DNA of 64,000 bases from Thermoanaerobaculia bacterium (GTDB taxonomy: Bacteria > Acidobacteriota > Thermoanaerobaculia > Gp7-AA8), in contig DASYJY010000035.1 of assembly GCA_035995985.1 (NCBI GenBank), positions 378-64,377 on the forward strand. Reading direction: 5' to 3'. How positions within the stretch are numbered: the first letter of the stretch is position 1; every line of letters starts with the position of its first letter. The translations under genes were made by a program, and so were the position numbers. Below the pieces are notes generated by a model. That model saw only the letters and a list, made by a program, of their open reading frames with translations. It was not told where the DNA came from and did not search any database. Shown here in pieces: positions 1 through 9,220 of the stretch.

Positions 1-676
1 CGATCGCGCCATCGAGACGGGTGTGAAATCGATCTCGATCTTCACCGCGGCGTCCGACACGTTCAACAAGCGCAACATCAATATGTCGATCGACGAATCG
101 TTCGCGAACTACGCGCCGGTCGCCGCGCGTGCGCGTGCCGAGGGGATGCGCGTGCGCGGGTACGTGTCGACGGCGTTCGGCTGCCCGTACGAAGGCGACG
201 TCGCGCCGGAGAAAGTGCTCGAAGTCTCCGCGCGCCTGCTCGACCTCGGATGCTACGAAGTCTCCGTCGGCGACACCATCGGTGTCGGGACGCCGGTGCA
301 GGTTCAGGGCGTGATCGGAATGCTGTTGCAGGTGATTCCGGCCTCGAAGCTGGCCATGCACTTTCACGACACGCGCGGCACCGCGCTCGCGAACACGCTC
401 GCGGCGCTTGAGATGGGAATCGCGATATTCGATGCGTCGTCAGGCGGACTCGGCGGATGTCCCTACGCGCCGGGCGCCAGCGGCAACATGGCCACCGAGG
501 ATCTCGTCTACATGCTGGAGAAGATGGGGATCGACACCGCTGTCGATCTGAACCTGCTCGTGTCTGCGTCACAGATCATCGCGCCGTATCTCGATCATCC
601 GCTGCCGGGACGTTACCTGCAGGCGTGCACGCGCGCCGCGGCGCCGGTTGCGTCGACGACGGCGACAGTACAATGA
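1..676 (+). CDS. hydroxymethylglutaryl-CoA lyase (HMGL-like family), 5' partial; gene begins upstream of window
   Basis: Open frame reaches the window edge. The translation carries the conserved HMG-CoA lyase TIM-barrel segments RVRGYVSTAFGCPYEG, GDTIGVGTP, HFHDTRG and GGLGGCPYAPGASGNMATEDLVYML. Confidence 0.8.
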   Translation, partial: DRAIETGVKSISIFTAASDTFNKRNINMSIDESFANYAPVAARARAEGMRVRGYVSTAFGCPYEGDVAPEKVLEVSARLLDLGCYEVSVGDTIGVGTPVQVQGVIGMLLQVIPASKLAMHFHDTRGTALANTLAALEMGIAIFDASSGGLGGCPYAPGASGNMATEDLVYMLEKMGIDTAVDLNLLVSASQIIAPYLDHPLPGRYLQACTRAAAPVASTTATVQ

Positions 677-679
677 GCC

Positions 680-1120
680 GTGGCTGATTCCGCTCGCTTC
701 GAAGACGGCTGGTACATCGTTCCCTGGCAGGTCATCTTTCGCGACGTCGACGCGTTCGGCCACGTCAACAACGCCGTCTATCTCACCTACTTCGAGTGGG
801 CGCGCGCGCAGCTCTGGTTCGCGCTGACCGGCGCGGCGGGATTGCCGACCGACATTGGATTCATCGTCGCGCGCGCCGAGGTCGACTTCAAGCTGCAGAT
901 CGGGATGGAGCCGATCGACATCTGCATCCGCATCTCCGAAATGCGCGGCACATCGTTCGACACCGTCTACGAAATCCGCAAACGCGGTGGCAAGGTGGCG
1001 GCGACCGGGAAGGTCGTCGTCGTCCTCTTCGACTGGAAGGCGCAGACGAAGATGCCGATCAGCGGCGAGCTGCGGCAGAAGGTGCACGCGTTTCAGCAGG
1101 AGACGCCGAAATCCATTTGA
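680..1120 (+). CDS. acyl-CoA thioesterase, hotdog/4HBT (YbgC-like) family
   Basis: GTG start 4 nt after the upstream stop. 146-aa product with the 4HBT signature DVDAFGHVNNAVYLTYFEWAR. Confidence 0.7.
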   Translation: MADSARFEDGWYIVPWQVIFRDVDAFGHVNNAVYLTYFEWARAQLWFALTGAAGLPTDIGFIVARAEVDFKLQIGMEPIDICIRISEMRGTSFDTVYEIRKRGGKVAATGKVVVVLFDWKAQTKMPISGELRQKVHAFQQETPKSI

Positions 1121-1162
1121 TACACTCCCGGCCTCAATTCACGGCCGCGGCGGAGCTTCCTC

Positions 1163-1870
1163 GTGATTACCGGGTTCAATACCGACATCAAGCACAACGA
1201 GAAGGTCTACCACATCCAGACCGAGGACAAAGGGCTCCAGAACCCTTACATCGAGTCGCTTGTCTACGTCGGCGGTGAGATTCTCGCGTCGAAAAAAACG
1301 TCGTATGCGGAGCAGGCCGGCGCCGGCGTGGACGAGAAGTGGATCGGCAGTCTGATGGAGCAGCAGCATCGGACCATGATCGCCGCTATCAAGCGCGGAC
1401 GCTTCGACGTCACCGCCGATGTGACGAAATCGACGCCGCGTCCGATGATGTCAGCGCCGATGCCCGGGCCGACGCGTGTGGAACCGCCGCCGCCGCTGGC
1501 CATCGACGAAGAGCGGACGCTCGATCAGGTCATCATCGACTACCTCGCCTCCGAGGCCGAGAGCGAGCACCTCGAACTGTCGCTGATGAGCAGCACCGAG
1601 TTCTACGCCGGATTGCCGGTCGAGCTGCGCGTAGCGGCGAAGAAAAGCCTTTCACAGAGTCCGATCGCCGCCGCGGCGATCGAGGTGAAAGTGATCTCCA
1701 CCGTCGAGCCGCCGCGCGTCATCTTCCGCGGCAAGACCGCCGCCGACGGCACGACCGTGATCCGCTGCGACATCCCGCAATTCGCCGAGGGAACGGCGGC
1801 CATCATCATTTCGGCGTCGAGTCCGATCGGTAATGATGAGGTGAAGCAGTTGGTGAAGAGAAAGAAATAG
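1163..1870 (+). CDS. hypothetical protein
   Basis: 235-aa ORF with GTG start and a consistent high-GC codon pattern. No motif recognised. Followed by a strong hairpin. Confidence 0.45.
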   Translation: MITGFNTDIKHNEKVYHIQTEDKGLQNPYIESLVYVGGEILASKKTSYAEQAGAGVDEKWIGSLMEQQHRTMIAAIKRGRFDVTADVTKSTPRPMMSAPMPGPTRVEPPPPLAIDEERTLDQVIIDYLASEAESEHLELSLMSSTEFYAGLPVELRVAAKKSLSQSPIAAAAIEVKVISTVEPPRVIFRGKTAADGTTVIRCDIPQFAEGTAAIIISASSPIGNDEVKQLVKRKK

Positions 1871-1985
1871 CTCTTAGCTCTTAGCTGTGAGCTCTTAGGG
1901 GCGACCGCTCCGCGCGACACCCGACACCCCGACACCCCGACACCCTGATCCCCTAACAGCTAAGAGCTAACAGCCAATAGCTGGT
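1871..1985. repeat. long imperfect inverted repeat with four tandem CCGACAC(C) units in the loop; probable bidirectional terminator or REP-like element
   Basis: The arm agctcttagctcttagctgtgagctcttagg pairs with cctaacagctaagagctaacagccaatagct. The loop contains cgacaccccgacaccccgacaccc. Confidence 0.5.
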
Positions 1986-2015
1986 CCCCTTCCTGCAAAA
2001 GCACCTCATTCCGCA

Positions 2016-4448
2016 ATGCTTCGGCATCGTTTTACTCGAGCTCTGACACTCATCGCCGCACTGGTGGCGGTGACGTATCTCCTCATCAGCCTCTATCTGC
2101 CGTCGTCTCGTTGGCTCATCTTCGGCGTCGACAAACACACGGGCGTCGTCCGCGTCGTGCAGCAGTCGGTCACATTTCTGCCGCCCCACCAATTCTTCCG
2201 GCTGAAGTTCGAGCGCCGCGAAGGCGCCGCGCAGCGCGACGGCATCATTCGCATCACGTCGAAGGAAGGCGTGCCGGTCACCGTCTACTACCGGCTGCGC
2301 TTCGGCATCTCCGGCGATCGACTGCCCGACGCGCCGCGGATGGTCGACGAGGGATGGAACGGCTGGATTCGGGCGCGCGTCGCCGAGGCTGTCTCGGCGG
2401 TGACGCAGCAGATACCGATCGAAGATCTGCTCTCACCCAACTCATCGTTCAACTCGCAACGCGAACCGTTGCGGAAGACGGTCGCTAATCACCTCGCGCG
2501 CAGCGGACTGAAAGTCACCGCATTCGAGGTGGCGCGATTCGAAGCCGACAAAGACGCGCTCCTCCGCGTCAAACGCGCCGAGCTCCGGCGCGACGCGCGC
2601 AGTGCGCCGTCGCGCGTGGTCGTCTTCGCCATCGACGGCGCCGATTGGGAGCTCCTCCACGAGCTCGCCGACGACGGCCGCATCCCGAACATCAAAGCGC
2701 TGGCCAGCGGTGGCACGGCGGGATCGCTGCAAACTATCCAGCCGACGGTGTCGCCGATGGTCTGGACCACCGTCGCCACCGGCCTCACGCCCGACCGTCA
2801 CGGCGTCATCGACTTCATGGACACCGCGCATCACACGCCGGTCGATGCGTACACACGGCGCGTTCCCGCGATCTGGGATATCGCCGACGCCTTCGGCCGC
2901 CAGTCCCTCATCGCCGGCTGGTGGACGTCGTGGCCGGCTACCGCACCGAACAGCATCTTCTACGACATGCCGGTCGATCAGTCGGCCACCGCGGTTTATC
3001 CCGCCGAGCTCACCGATCGCGTCACCGCGCTGGCCGTCCCGCCGGAAACCGTCGGCTATCCGCAGGTGCGGCGCTTTCTCAACATCGCGCCGGCCGAATG
3101 GGACGCCGCCGTCAACGCCAACAATCCCGCCGATCCGGTCGTCATCTTTCGCCGCATCCTCGCGAAAACCTGGAACGACCATCGCGTGGCCATCAATCTC
3201 TACAACGATCAGCGGCAGCACGGACAAGACCCGATGCTGACGATGGTTTCGTACGAAGGCACGGACGCCGTCAATCACCTCTTCGCGCCGTTTCATCCGC
3301 CGTATCGCGAAGGCATCAGCGAGCAGAACTACCGCAAGTTCTGGCCGGCCGTGGCGAATTACTACTCCGAAGTCGACCGGCTGATCGGCGAGTGGATGGG
3401 CGTGCTGCCACGCGACACGACCGTCATGATCGTGTCGTCGTACGGCTTCCGCTGGGGCAAGACCCGGCCGCGCACCATGCCCAACGGCGGCGCCGCGCTT
3501 TCCGACCACCGCAATCCCGGCATCTTCATCGCCTACGGTCCGCACGTCGCGCCGAATCGCGCCACGCATCCGATGTCGGTTTACGACATCACGCCTACGA
3601 TTCTCTCTCTCCTCGGCTTGCCGCTGTCGATGGAGATGCCAGGCCACGCCGCCGATTGGGCGTTCCGCGACATCGCGCCGATCACCTCGGTGCGCGTGGT
3701 GAGCTACGGAGAGTTCGTCGGCAGCAAGCCGGTCAGAACCAGCGCGCCCGTCGCTGCTCCCGCCTACGCGCAGGAGTTGCAGGCCATCGGTCATCTCAAC
3801 GATCCGTCACGCAATTTGACGCCGGTGCTCGAGGATGAGGACCAGACCCAGCGCGCCGCCACGCCGCTATCTCCGGAGCGCCTCGGTCAATACGCGTACT
3901 ACAACAACCTCGGCATCCAGCTTCGGTCGAAGGGAAAGATGAGCGATGCGGTCGATGCCTTCGACCGGGCCATCGACATCAATCCAACAAGCCCCGTTCC
4001 GCATCTGAATGAAGCGATGACGATGTTCGACCGCCAGCAGTACACGGCTGCCGATGATCAGTTTCTGAAGGCCGTGGCCCTCGGCCTGCCGAACGCGGAG
4101 AAGTACTTCATCGACTTCGCTGCGCTCTACCGCGATCACAACATGAACGCGCGCGCGATCTTGCTGCTGTACCAGGGACGCAAGCTCTTCCCGCAGTCGT
4201 ACCTGATCGGCGCAAACCTCGGCTCCGCACTCCTGGCCGCGCAGCGCTACACCGAAGGCGTCCCCGAGCTCGTTCGCGCCCTCGGCCTGCAACCGTCATC
4301 GACGCTCGCCCTCAACAACCTCGGCCTCTTCTACGCGAAACAAAACGACTACGGCCGCGCACTCGATTACTGGAATCGCTCGCTCTCGATCGAGCCGCAC
4401 CAGCCTCAAATCCGGGACGCCGCGGTGGCGGCAAGATCGCGGTTATAA
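2016..4448 (+). CDS. membrane-anchored multidomain protein: N-terminal TM helix + SPFH/band-7-like region, central alkaline-phosphatase-superfamily (type I phosphodiesterase/nucleotide pyrophosphatase-like) domain, C-terminal TPR repeats
   Basis: N-terminal TM segment ALTLIAALVAVTYLLISLYL. AlkP-core metal-binding motifs VVVFAIDGADWE and PTVSPMVWTTVATGLTPDRHGV. TPR-like repeats YYNNLGIQLRSKGKMSDAVDAFDRAIDINP and LNNLGLFYAKQNDYGRALDYWNRSLSIEP. Confidence 0.65.
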   Translation: MLRHRFTRALTLIAALVAVTYLLISLYLPSSRWLIFGVDKHTGVVRVVQQSVTFLPPHQFFRLKFERREGAAQRDGIIRITSKEGVPVTVYYRLRFGISGDRLPDAPRMVDEGWNGWIRARVAEAVSAVTQQIPIEDLLSPNSSFNSQREPLRKTVANHLARSGLKVTAFEVARFEADKDALLRVKRAELRRDARSAPSRVVVFAIDGADWELLHELADDGRIPNIKALASGGTAGSLQTIQPTVSPMVWTTVATGLTPDRHGVIDFMDTAHHTPVDAYTRRVPAIWDIADAFGRQSLIAGWWTSWPATAPNSIFYDMPVDQSATAVYPAELTDRVTALAVPPETVGYPQVRRFLNIAPAEWDAAVNANNPADPVVIFRRILAKTWNDHRVAINLYNDQRQHGQDPMLTMVSYEGTDAVNHLFAPFHPPYREGISEQNYRKFWPAVANYYSEVDRLIGEWMGVLPRDTTVMIVSSYGFRWGKTRPRTMPNGGAALSDHRNPGIFIAYGPHVAPNRATHPMSVYDITPTILSLLGLPLSMEMPGHAADWAFRDIAPITSVRVVSYGEFVGSKPVRTSAPVAAPAYAQELQAIGHLNDPSRNLTPVLEDEDQTQRAATPLSPERLGQYAYYNNLGIQLRSKGKMSDAVDAFDRAIDINPTSPVPHLNEAMTMFDRQQYTAADDQFLKAVALGLPNAEKYFIDFAALYRDHNMNARAILLLYQGRKLFPQSYLIGANLGSALLAAQRYTEGVPELVRALGLQPSSTLALNNLGLFYAKQNDYGRALDYWNRSLSIEPHQPQIRDAAVAARSRL

Positions 4449-4452
4449 ACGC

Positions 4453-4483
4453 TTTTCTCCGCGTCCCCGCGCCTCCGCGTGAC
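4453..4483. repeat. half-copy of dispersed REP-like element (ttttctccgcgtccccgcgcctccgcgtga)
   Basis: Near-identical to the right arms of the palindromic elements at 41993-42060 and 54788-54846. Confidence 0.5.
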
Positions 4484-6855
4484 TACATCGCGTCGAACAA
4501 CTTCAGAATCCGCTTGTACTCATCTGCCCAACTGGTCGGCTCGACGAATCCGTGGTTCTCGACCGGGTACGGCGCGATCTCCCAATTCGTTTTCCGCAAC
4601 TCGATCAGGCGCTGCGCGAGGCGGACGCTGTCCTGGAAATGAACGTTCGTGTCGACCATGCCGTGGCAGATCAGCAAGTGTCCTTTCAAGCCCTGCGCGA
4701 AGTAGATCGGCGATGACTTCCGATACGCCTCGGCGTCGGTCTGCGGCAGATTGAGGATGTTCGACGTGTAGGGATGGTTGTACGCGGCCCAATCGGTGAC
4801 GGGACGCAGCGCGGCGCCGGTCGCGAAAACGTCCGGCGTCGTAAACATCGCCATCAGCGTGATGAAGCCGCCGTAGCTTCCGCCGTAGATGCCGATGCGT
4901 TTCGGATCGACGCCGTGCGTCTTCACCAGCCACTTCGCGGCATCGACGTTGTCTTCGAGATCCTTCCCGCCCATATGCCGGTAGATTGCCGTGCGCCAAT
5001 CGCGTCCGTAGCCGCGCGAGCCGCGGTAGTCGATATCGAGCACGAGGTAGCCCTTCGACATCAGCAGGTGATGAAACATGTATTCATGCGCGTAGCTGGA
5101 CCAGAAGCGATTCACGTTCTGCAGATAGCCCGCGCCGTGGACGAAGATGACCGCGTGTCCGCCCTTCCAGTTCGCCGGTTTGTAGATGCGCGCCGGCACC
5201 TCCACACCGTCGCGCGCCGGCACGCGAACGATGGGAACATCGAGCCACTTAAAGTTCGCAAAGTCGGGTGCGGGCGACGTCGTAACGCGCTTGCTGCTGA
5301 CGTACAACTCCGGCGGTTTGTTGGTGTACGAGTAGACGTCCGCGATCGAGTTACCGTCCGGCGAGACGACCGCTTCGTTGTTGCCGTCCATCGTCGTCAG
5401 CTTCGCCGACGTTCCGCCGGCGACCGGAATCCGATACACGTGACGAACGAACGGACTCTCCTCGCTGGTCGTGAGGTAGAACGATTTCTTGTCGTCCGAA
5501 AGCACCGCGGAATCGACTTCCCACTTGCCGCTGGTGAGCTGCTTCGGCGCGCCGCCGCTGACCGGCACTTCGTACAAGTGCATGAAACCGGTAGCCTCGG
5601 ACAAGTAATAGATGGTGTCGTTGTTTGCCCAGCCGAACGACTGCGCGTCGGCAAAACGGAGCCACGCGTCGTCGTGCATGGTCACGATCGTGCGGCCCTT
5701 GGCGGTGGCGGGATCGAACTCCATAATCCACGCGTCTTTGTTGTCGGAGGAGCGGACGACGACGAACGCGTGCTTGCCATCCTCCGACCAGACTGGCGCG
5801 CGAAGATTGACCTCCCGCTCTTTCGGCTCAGCACTCTTCTCGGTTTTCTGCTCGCTCGCTTTCCCCTGCTCCTCGGCCGTGGCGCTCGTGACGGCCTTCT
5901 GCGGTTCGGCCGCGGGCAACGGTTTCATTCCGTGATCGAACCACTTCACCTCGCCATTCGTCGCGCTGACCACCGCAACGCGCGACGGCAGCAGCGCATC
6001 ACCAACCTTCTCCCTGCCGGGAATCGTGTCGGTGTACACGGCCTCGGTGATGTAATTCGGAACGATCGTCTTCTTCGCTTTCTCCGACTCGTTGTTGATG
6101 ACCAGGACGATCGTTTTTCCATCCGGCGAAAGCCGTGCGTTCACGACGGTCTGCTTCTTGTCGAGTTTGAACGGCTTGATCGGATGCTCGCGCTTCCGCT
6201 TCGCCTCGTCCTCCTCGCGCTTCTTCGCCTTCCGATCGACGATATCGAGCAGCTTCCGCTCCTCGGCTTTGATGTACTCCTGACTCGCGGTCCCTTTCTT
6301 CGCGGCGTCGTCCCACAGCGTCACGTTCGAGCCTTTGTCATCCGGCGCGACGATGTTCGTCAGCTGCGTGATCGATCCGTTTGCGAGATCGATGGCGAAG
6401 ACGTTGTTGGCGCGGACGAACGTCACGCGCGTTTCATCGAATGTGAATTGCGGCGCAGACTCGACGTCGTTCGTCTGCGTCAGCGCGCGGCGTTTGTTCG
6501 TCGCGGAATCCCACACATAAACGTCCGCGTCGTCAAGGTAGACGCCGCGATGTTTGTCGCGTGTCCACTGCGCATTCGCGGGCGGCGCATCCTTCTTTTC
6601 GTCATCGCTCAGTTTGCGAAGTCCGCTGCCGTCGCGATTGACGACGTACGTGTCGCGATCGTGCTCCAGCGTGTCGGTGTAGAGCTTCCACGAAAAGTAG
6701 ACGTGCTGGCCATCCGGCGACCACCGCACATCCTCGGGCGTCCAGCCGTAAAGGCCCGGCCCGCGCATGATGTTGTCGATGGAAAGATCGAATTGCTGCG
6801 CGGCGGCAGCAAGCGCAATGACGGCAAAAAGAAGAGCGATCGCGATCCGTTTCAT
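4483..6855 (-). CDS. S9 family serine peptidase (prolyl oligopeptidase/dipeptidyl-peptidase IV-like), secreted
   Basis: 790 aa with an N-terminal signal peptide (MKRIAIALLFAVIALAAAAQ). N-terminal beta-propeller-like region. C-terminal alpha/beta hydrolase with the nucleophile elbow IGIYGGSYGGF plus downstream Asp and His. Confidence 0.85.
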   Translation of the reverse strand: MKRIAIALLFAVIALAAAAQQFDLSIDNIMRGPGLYGWTPEDVRWSPDGQHVYFSWKLYTDTLEHDRDTYVVNRDGSGLRKLSDDEKKDAPPANAQWTRDKHRGVYLDDADVYVWDSATNKRRALTQTNDVESAPQFTFDETRVTFVRANNVFAIDLANGSITQLTNIVAPDDKGSNVTLWDDAAKKGTASQEYIKAEERKLLDIVDRKAKKREEDEAKRKREHPIKPFKLDKKQTVVNARLSPDGKTIVLVINNESEKAKKTIVPNYITEAVYTDTIPGREKVGDALLPSRVAVVSATNGEVKWFDHGMKPLPAAEPQKAVTSATAEEQGKASEQKTEKSAEPKEREVNLRAPVWSEDGKHAFVVVRSSDNKDAWIMEFDPATAKGRTIVTMHDDAWLRFADAQSFGWANNDTIYYLSEATGFMHLYEVPVSGGAPKQLTSGKWEVDSAVLSDDKKSFYLTTSEESPFVRHVYRIPVAGGTSAKLTTMDGNNEAVVSPDGNSIADVYSYTNKPPELYVSSKRVTTSPAPDFANFKWLDVPIVRVPARDGVEVPARIYKPANWKGGHAVIFVHGAGYLQNVNRFWSSYAHEYMFHHLLMSKGYLVLDIDYRGSRGYGRDWRTAIYRHMGGKDLEDNVDAAKWLVKTHGVDPKRIGIYGGSYGGFITLMAMFTTPDVFATGAALRPVTDWAAYNHPYTSNILNLPQTDAEAYRKSSPIYFAQGLKGHLLICHGMVDTNVHFQDSVRLAQRLIELRKTNWEIAPYPVENHGFVEPTSWADEYKRILKLFDAM

Positions 6856-6891
6856 GCCGCGTATCGTAATCGGAGCCGCGCGCGCGACGCG

Positions 6892-7434
6892 TTACACCGT
6901 CGTACCGATAACCACCGGCAGCTCCAGCGCCACCGCAGCCGCATTCACGACCGCCGCGATCCGCACCGCGTCGACGACGTGATCCTCGGTCAGTCCGCCG
7001 TCGATCACGGCCGCTTCGTGCGAACGGATGCACATCTCGCAGCCGTTGATCGCGCTGACGGCGAGGCAGAAAAGCTCGAAGTCCACTTTGTTCGTGGCCG
7101 GCTTGGCGATGCGCTGCATGCGCAGCCGCGCCGGCTTCGCCTCGTAGGACGGCTTGCCGACCATGTGCTTGAAGCGGTAGTAGACGTTGTTCATCGCCAT
7201 CAGCGACGCCGAGGCGAGCGCGTCGTCGATCACGGCGTCGCCGGCTTCGTCGCGCGCGTCAGCGAGCATGGCGTCGAGCAACTCAGGGTTGCGGGCAGCG
7301 GCCGCCGAAGCGACCGCCACCCCCCACCGCTGCGCCGCCGTGAGCGTGACCGACTGCATCACGCTCTGCAGATTGAGTTTCGTATCGCGCGCGTTTTCGG
7401 GCAGACGCGCGCGCAGCGATTCGACGGCGCTCAT
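6892..7434 (-). CDS. ahpD: alkyl hydroperoxidase AhpD-family (carboxymuconolactone decarboxylase fold) protein
   Basis: 180 aa with the AhpD core motif NGCEMCIRSHE. Lies immediately downstream of ahpC. Confidence 0.8.
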   Translation of the reverse strand: MSAVESLRARLPENARDTKLNLQSVMQSVTLTAAQRWGVAVASAAAARNPELLDAMLADARDEAGDAVIDDALASASLMAMNNVYYRFKHMVGKPSYEAKPARLRMQRIAKPATNKVDFELFCLAVSAINGCEMCIRSHEAAVIDGGLTEDHVVDAVRIAAVVNAAAVALELPVVIGTTV

Positions 7435-7438
7435 GTGC

Positions 7439-7981
7439 TTACGCCGCTCCCAGCGTTTCCTGGCCCGGGCGCCAGTTGCACGGGCAGAGCTCGTCGCTCT
7501 GCAGCGCGTCGAGCGCGCGGATCACTTCGTCGACGTTGCGGCCGACCGAAAGATCGTTCGCGTTGACCCAGCGGATGATGCCGTCCGGATCGACGATGAA
7601 CGTCACGCGAATCGCCGCGCCGGCCTGCGGATGAAGAATGCCGAGTTGCATGGCAAACGCCGGCGTGATGTAGACCAGCGGCGTCTTCACATCCTTCAGA
7701 TCGGGATGCGAAACGCGCCAGGCCAGGTGCGAGTGCTCGTTGTCAGTGCTGCCGCCGAGGACCACGGCATCACGGTCGGCGAAGTCGCCGCCTTTCTTGC
7801 CGAACTCCACAATCTCAGTCGGGCAGATGAACGTGAAATCCTTCGGGTAGGCGTAGAACACGAGCCACTTTCCAGCGTTGTCCTTCGTGCTGATGGTCGT
7901 GAACTCCTTCCCCTTCTCCGTCCCGACGGACGCCTTCAGTTTGTACTCCGGAAACTTGTCTCCAACGGTAAGCATGGGCAT
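7439..7981 (-). CDS. ahpC: peroxiredoxin, alkyl hydroperoxide reductase AhpC (1-Cys/2-Cys Prx)
   Basis: Peroxidatic-Cys motif PKDFTFICPTEI and resolving Cys near the C-terminus. Classical AhpC/AhpD gene pair. Confidence 0.9.
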   Translation of the reverse strand: MPMLTVGDKFPEYKLKASVGTEKGKEFTTISTKDNAGKWLVFYAYPKDFTFICPTEIVEFGKKGGDFADRDAVVLGGSTDNEHSHLAWRVSHPDLKDVKTPLVYITPAFAMQLGILHPQAGAAIRVTFIVDPDGIIRWVNANDLSVGRNVDEVIRALDALQSDELCPCNWRPGQETLGAA

Positions 7982-8014
7982 GTTGCGTTTACTCTCCTTC
8001 TTTGATTTACAAAA

Positions 8015-8422
8015 TCAGGACTTGCGCCGGACGTTCTTGCGAACCCCGTGCATGACCACTTGGTAATCGTGAATCTCGAATCCCTTCAGCGTCTCGATGT
8101 TGCAGACCTGGACCTTGTCCCACGGGATGTCGTGAATCGCGCCGCTCTCGTCGACGAGATGATGGTGCCGATCGACGTTCGGATCGAACACCACGCTGTC
8201 CTCGGCCAGCGCGAGCGCACGCAACAACCCTTTCTCGACGAAGAGGTTGAGCGTGTTGTAGACCGTGGCGCGAGAGATGTACGGCACGCGGGCCTTGACC
8301 CGCGTCCAGACGAGGTCGGCCGAGGGATGCTCGACGGTCTTGAGCACGTAGTCCGCCACTGCGACGCGTTGCGCCGAGGGCTGGATGCCGTGCTCCTGAA
8401 GAATGGTCACGCTGTCGCGCAT
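8015..8422 (-). CDS. Fur-family transcriptional regulator (peroxide-stress type, PerR/FurA-like)
   Basis: 135 aa with a winged-helix N-terminus (SAQRVAVADYVLKT...ISRATVYNTLNLFVEKGL) and an HHH metal-site segment. First gene of a perR-ahpC-ahpD arrangement. Confidence 0.8.
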   Translation of the reverse strand: MRDSVTILQEHGIQPSAQRVAVADYVLKTVEHPSADLVWTRVKARVPYISRATVYNTLNLFVEKGLLRALALAEDSVVFDPNVDRHHHLVDESGAIHDIPWDKVQVCNIETLKGFEIHDYQVVMHGVRKNVRRKS

Positions 8423-8429
8423 GGGATGG

Positions 8430-8444
8430 TTAGACTAAGTCTAA
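8430..8444. promoter_or_regulatory. 7-1-7 palindrome TTAGACTaAGTCTAA immediately upstream of the Fur-family gene; candidate Fur/PerR-type operator
   Basis: Perfect inverted repeat located 8 nt upstream of the regulator's start codon, in the perR/antitoxin divergent region. Confidence 0.45.
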
Positions 8445-8486
8445 ATGTGGATTATGTCAAGAACTGATTCGCGGTACACTTCCGCG

Positions 8487-8801
8487 ATGCGCACCGCACA
8501 AGTAAGCGAGCTGAAGGACCGGCTGGATGAAGTGATCGAAGCAGTGAAGAACGGCGAGACGGTGGAGATCCAGGAGGGCGCCGCTCGCGTTGCTAAGGTC
8601 GTTCCCGACACCGACGTTGCTTCTTCGCCTTCGTCAGCCGATCAGAATCGCGTTCGGGAGCATCTTGAAAAAATGATTCGCGAAGGGAAGGCGCATCGCG
8701 GAACAGGTAAGCTGCCCGACGACTTCTTCACCCGCCCTCGGCCGAAGCTTCAAGGCGGCAGCGTGCTTGAGCAGTTGCTGCGAGATCGAGAGGAAGACTG
8801 A
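8487..8801 (+). CDS. type II antitoxin (Phd/YefM-VapB-like)
   Basis: N-terminus MRTAQVSELKDRLDEVIEAVKNGETVEIQEGAARVAKVVP is typical of prevent-host-death antitoxins. The longer track ORF starts at 8445. Stop abuts the PIN gene. Confidence 0.65.
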   Translation: MRTAQVSELKDRLDEVIEAVKNGETVEIQEGAARVAKVVPDTDVASSPSSADQNRVREHLEKMIREGKAHRGTGKLPDDFFTRPRPKLQGGSVLEQLLRDREED

Positions 8802-8863
8802 TTGCGGTTCTGGGACACGTCAGCACTGGTCCCTTTGGGCTCGATGAGCCTTCCACAAGACGA

Positions 8864-9217
8864 ATGGCAGAACTGCTGTCGGAGGATCCGGAGATCACCG
8901 TCTGGATCTGTACGAGCGTCGAAATCACCAGCGCACTGGTCCGTCGAGCGCCGCCGGGCGATCCAGTCGCTTTACGCAATGCGGAGACGCTCATCGCGTC
9001 TCTCGCGTCGATCTGGATAGCAGTGGACGAGTCGGTTGCGGCGGTCGATCGCGCGAAGCACCTCGCCAAAACTTACCGCCTGCGCGCGATGGATGCGCTC
9101 CAACTGGCCGCGGCGCTCATCGCTTGCGAATACGATCCCGCCGGCCTTCCCTTTGTAACTCTCGACAACGCACTTGCCTCGGCTGCGCGCGCCGAGGGGT
9201 TCGTCGTCCTGCCCTAG
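8864..9217 (+). CDS. PIN-domain VapC toxin, apparently frameshifted (N-terminal catalytic-Asp segment MRFWDTSALVPL lies in another frame from 8802)
   Basis: The 117-aa ORF carries the PIN middle and C-terminal motifs LRAMDALQLAAAL and FVTLDNALASAARAEGFVV. The 5' segment (TTG at 8802) encodes FWDTSALVPL in a different frame. Confidence 0.55.
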   Translation: MAELLSEDPEITVWICTSVEITSALVRRAPPGDPVALRNAETLIASLASIWIAVDESVAAVDRAKHLAKTYRLRAMDALQLAAALIACEYDPAGLPFVTLDNALASAARAEGFVVLP

Positions 9218-9220
9218 CCG

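Noticed and set aside
2442-3794. 450-aa minus-strand ORF inside the SPFH-AlkP-TPR gene
   Set aside because: It is antisense to a well-supported CDS. The Arg/Gly/Asp-rich translation is typical of out-of-frame reading of high-GC DNA.
4774-7566. 930-aa plus-strand ORF spanning the S9 peptidase, ahpD and ahpC loci
   Set aside because: It is antisense to three motif-supported genes. The low-complexity Arg/Val/Asp composition marks a GC-artefact ORF.
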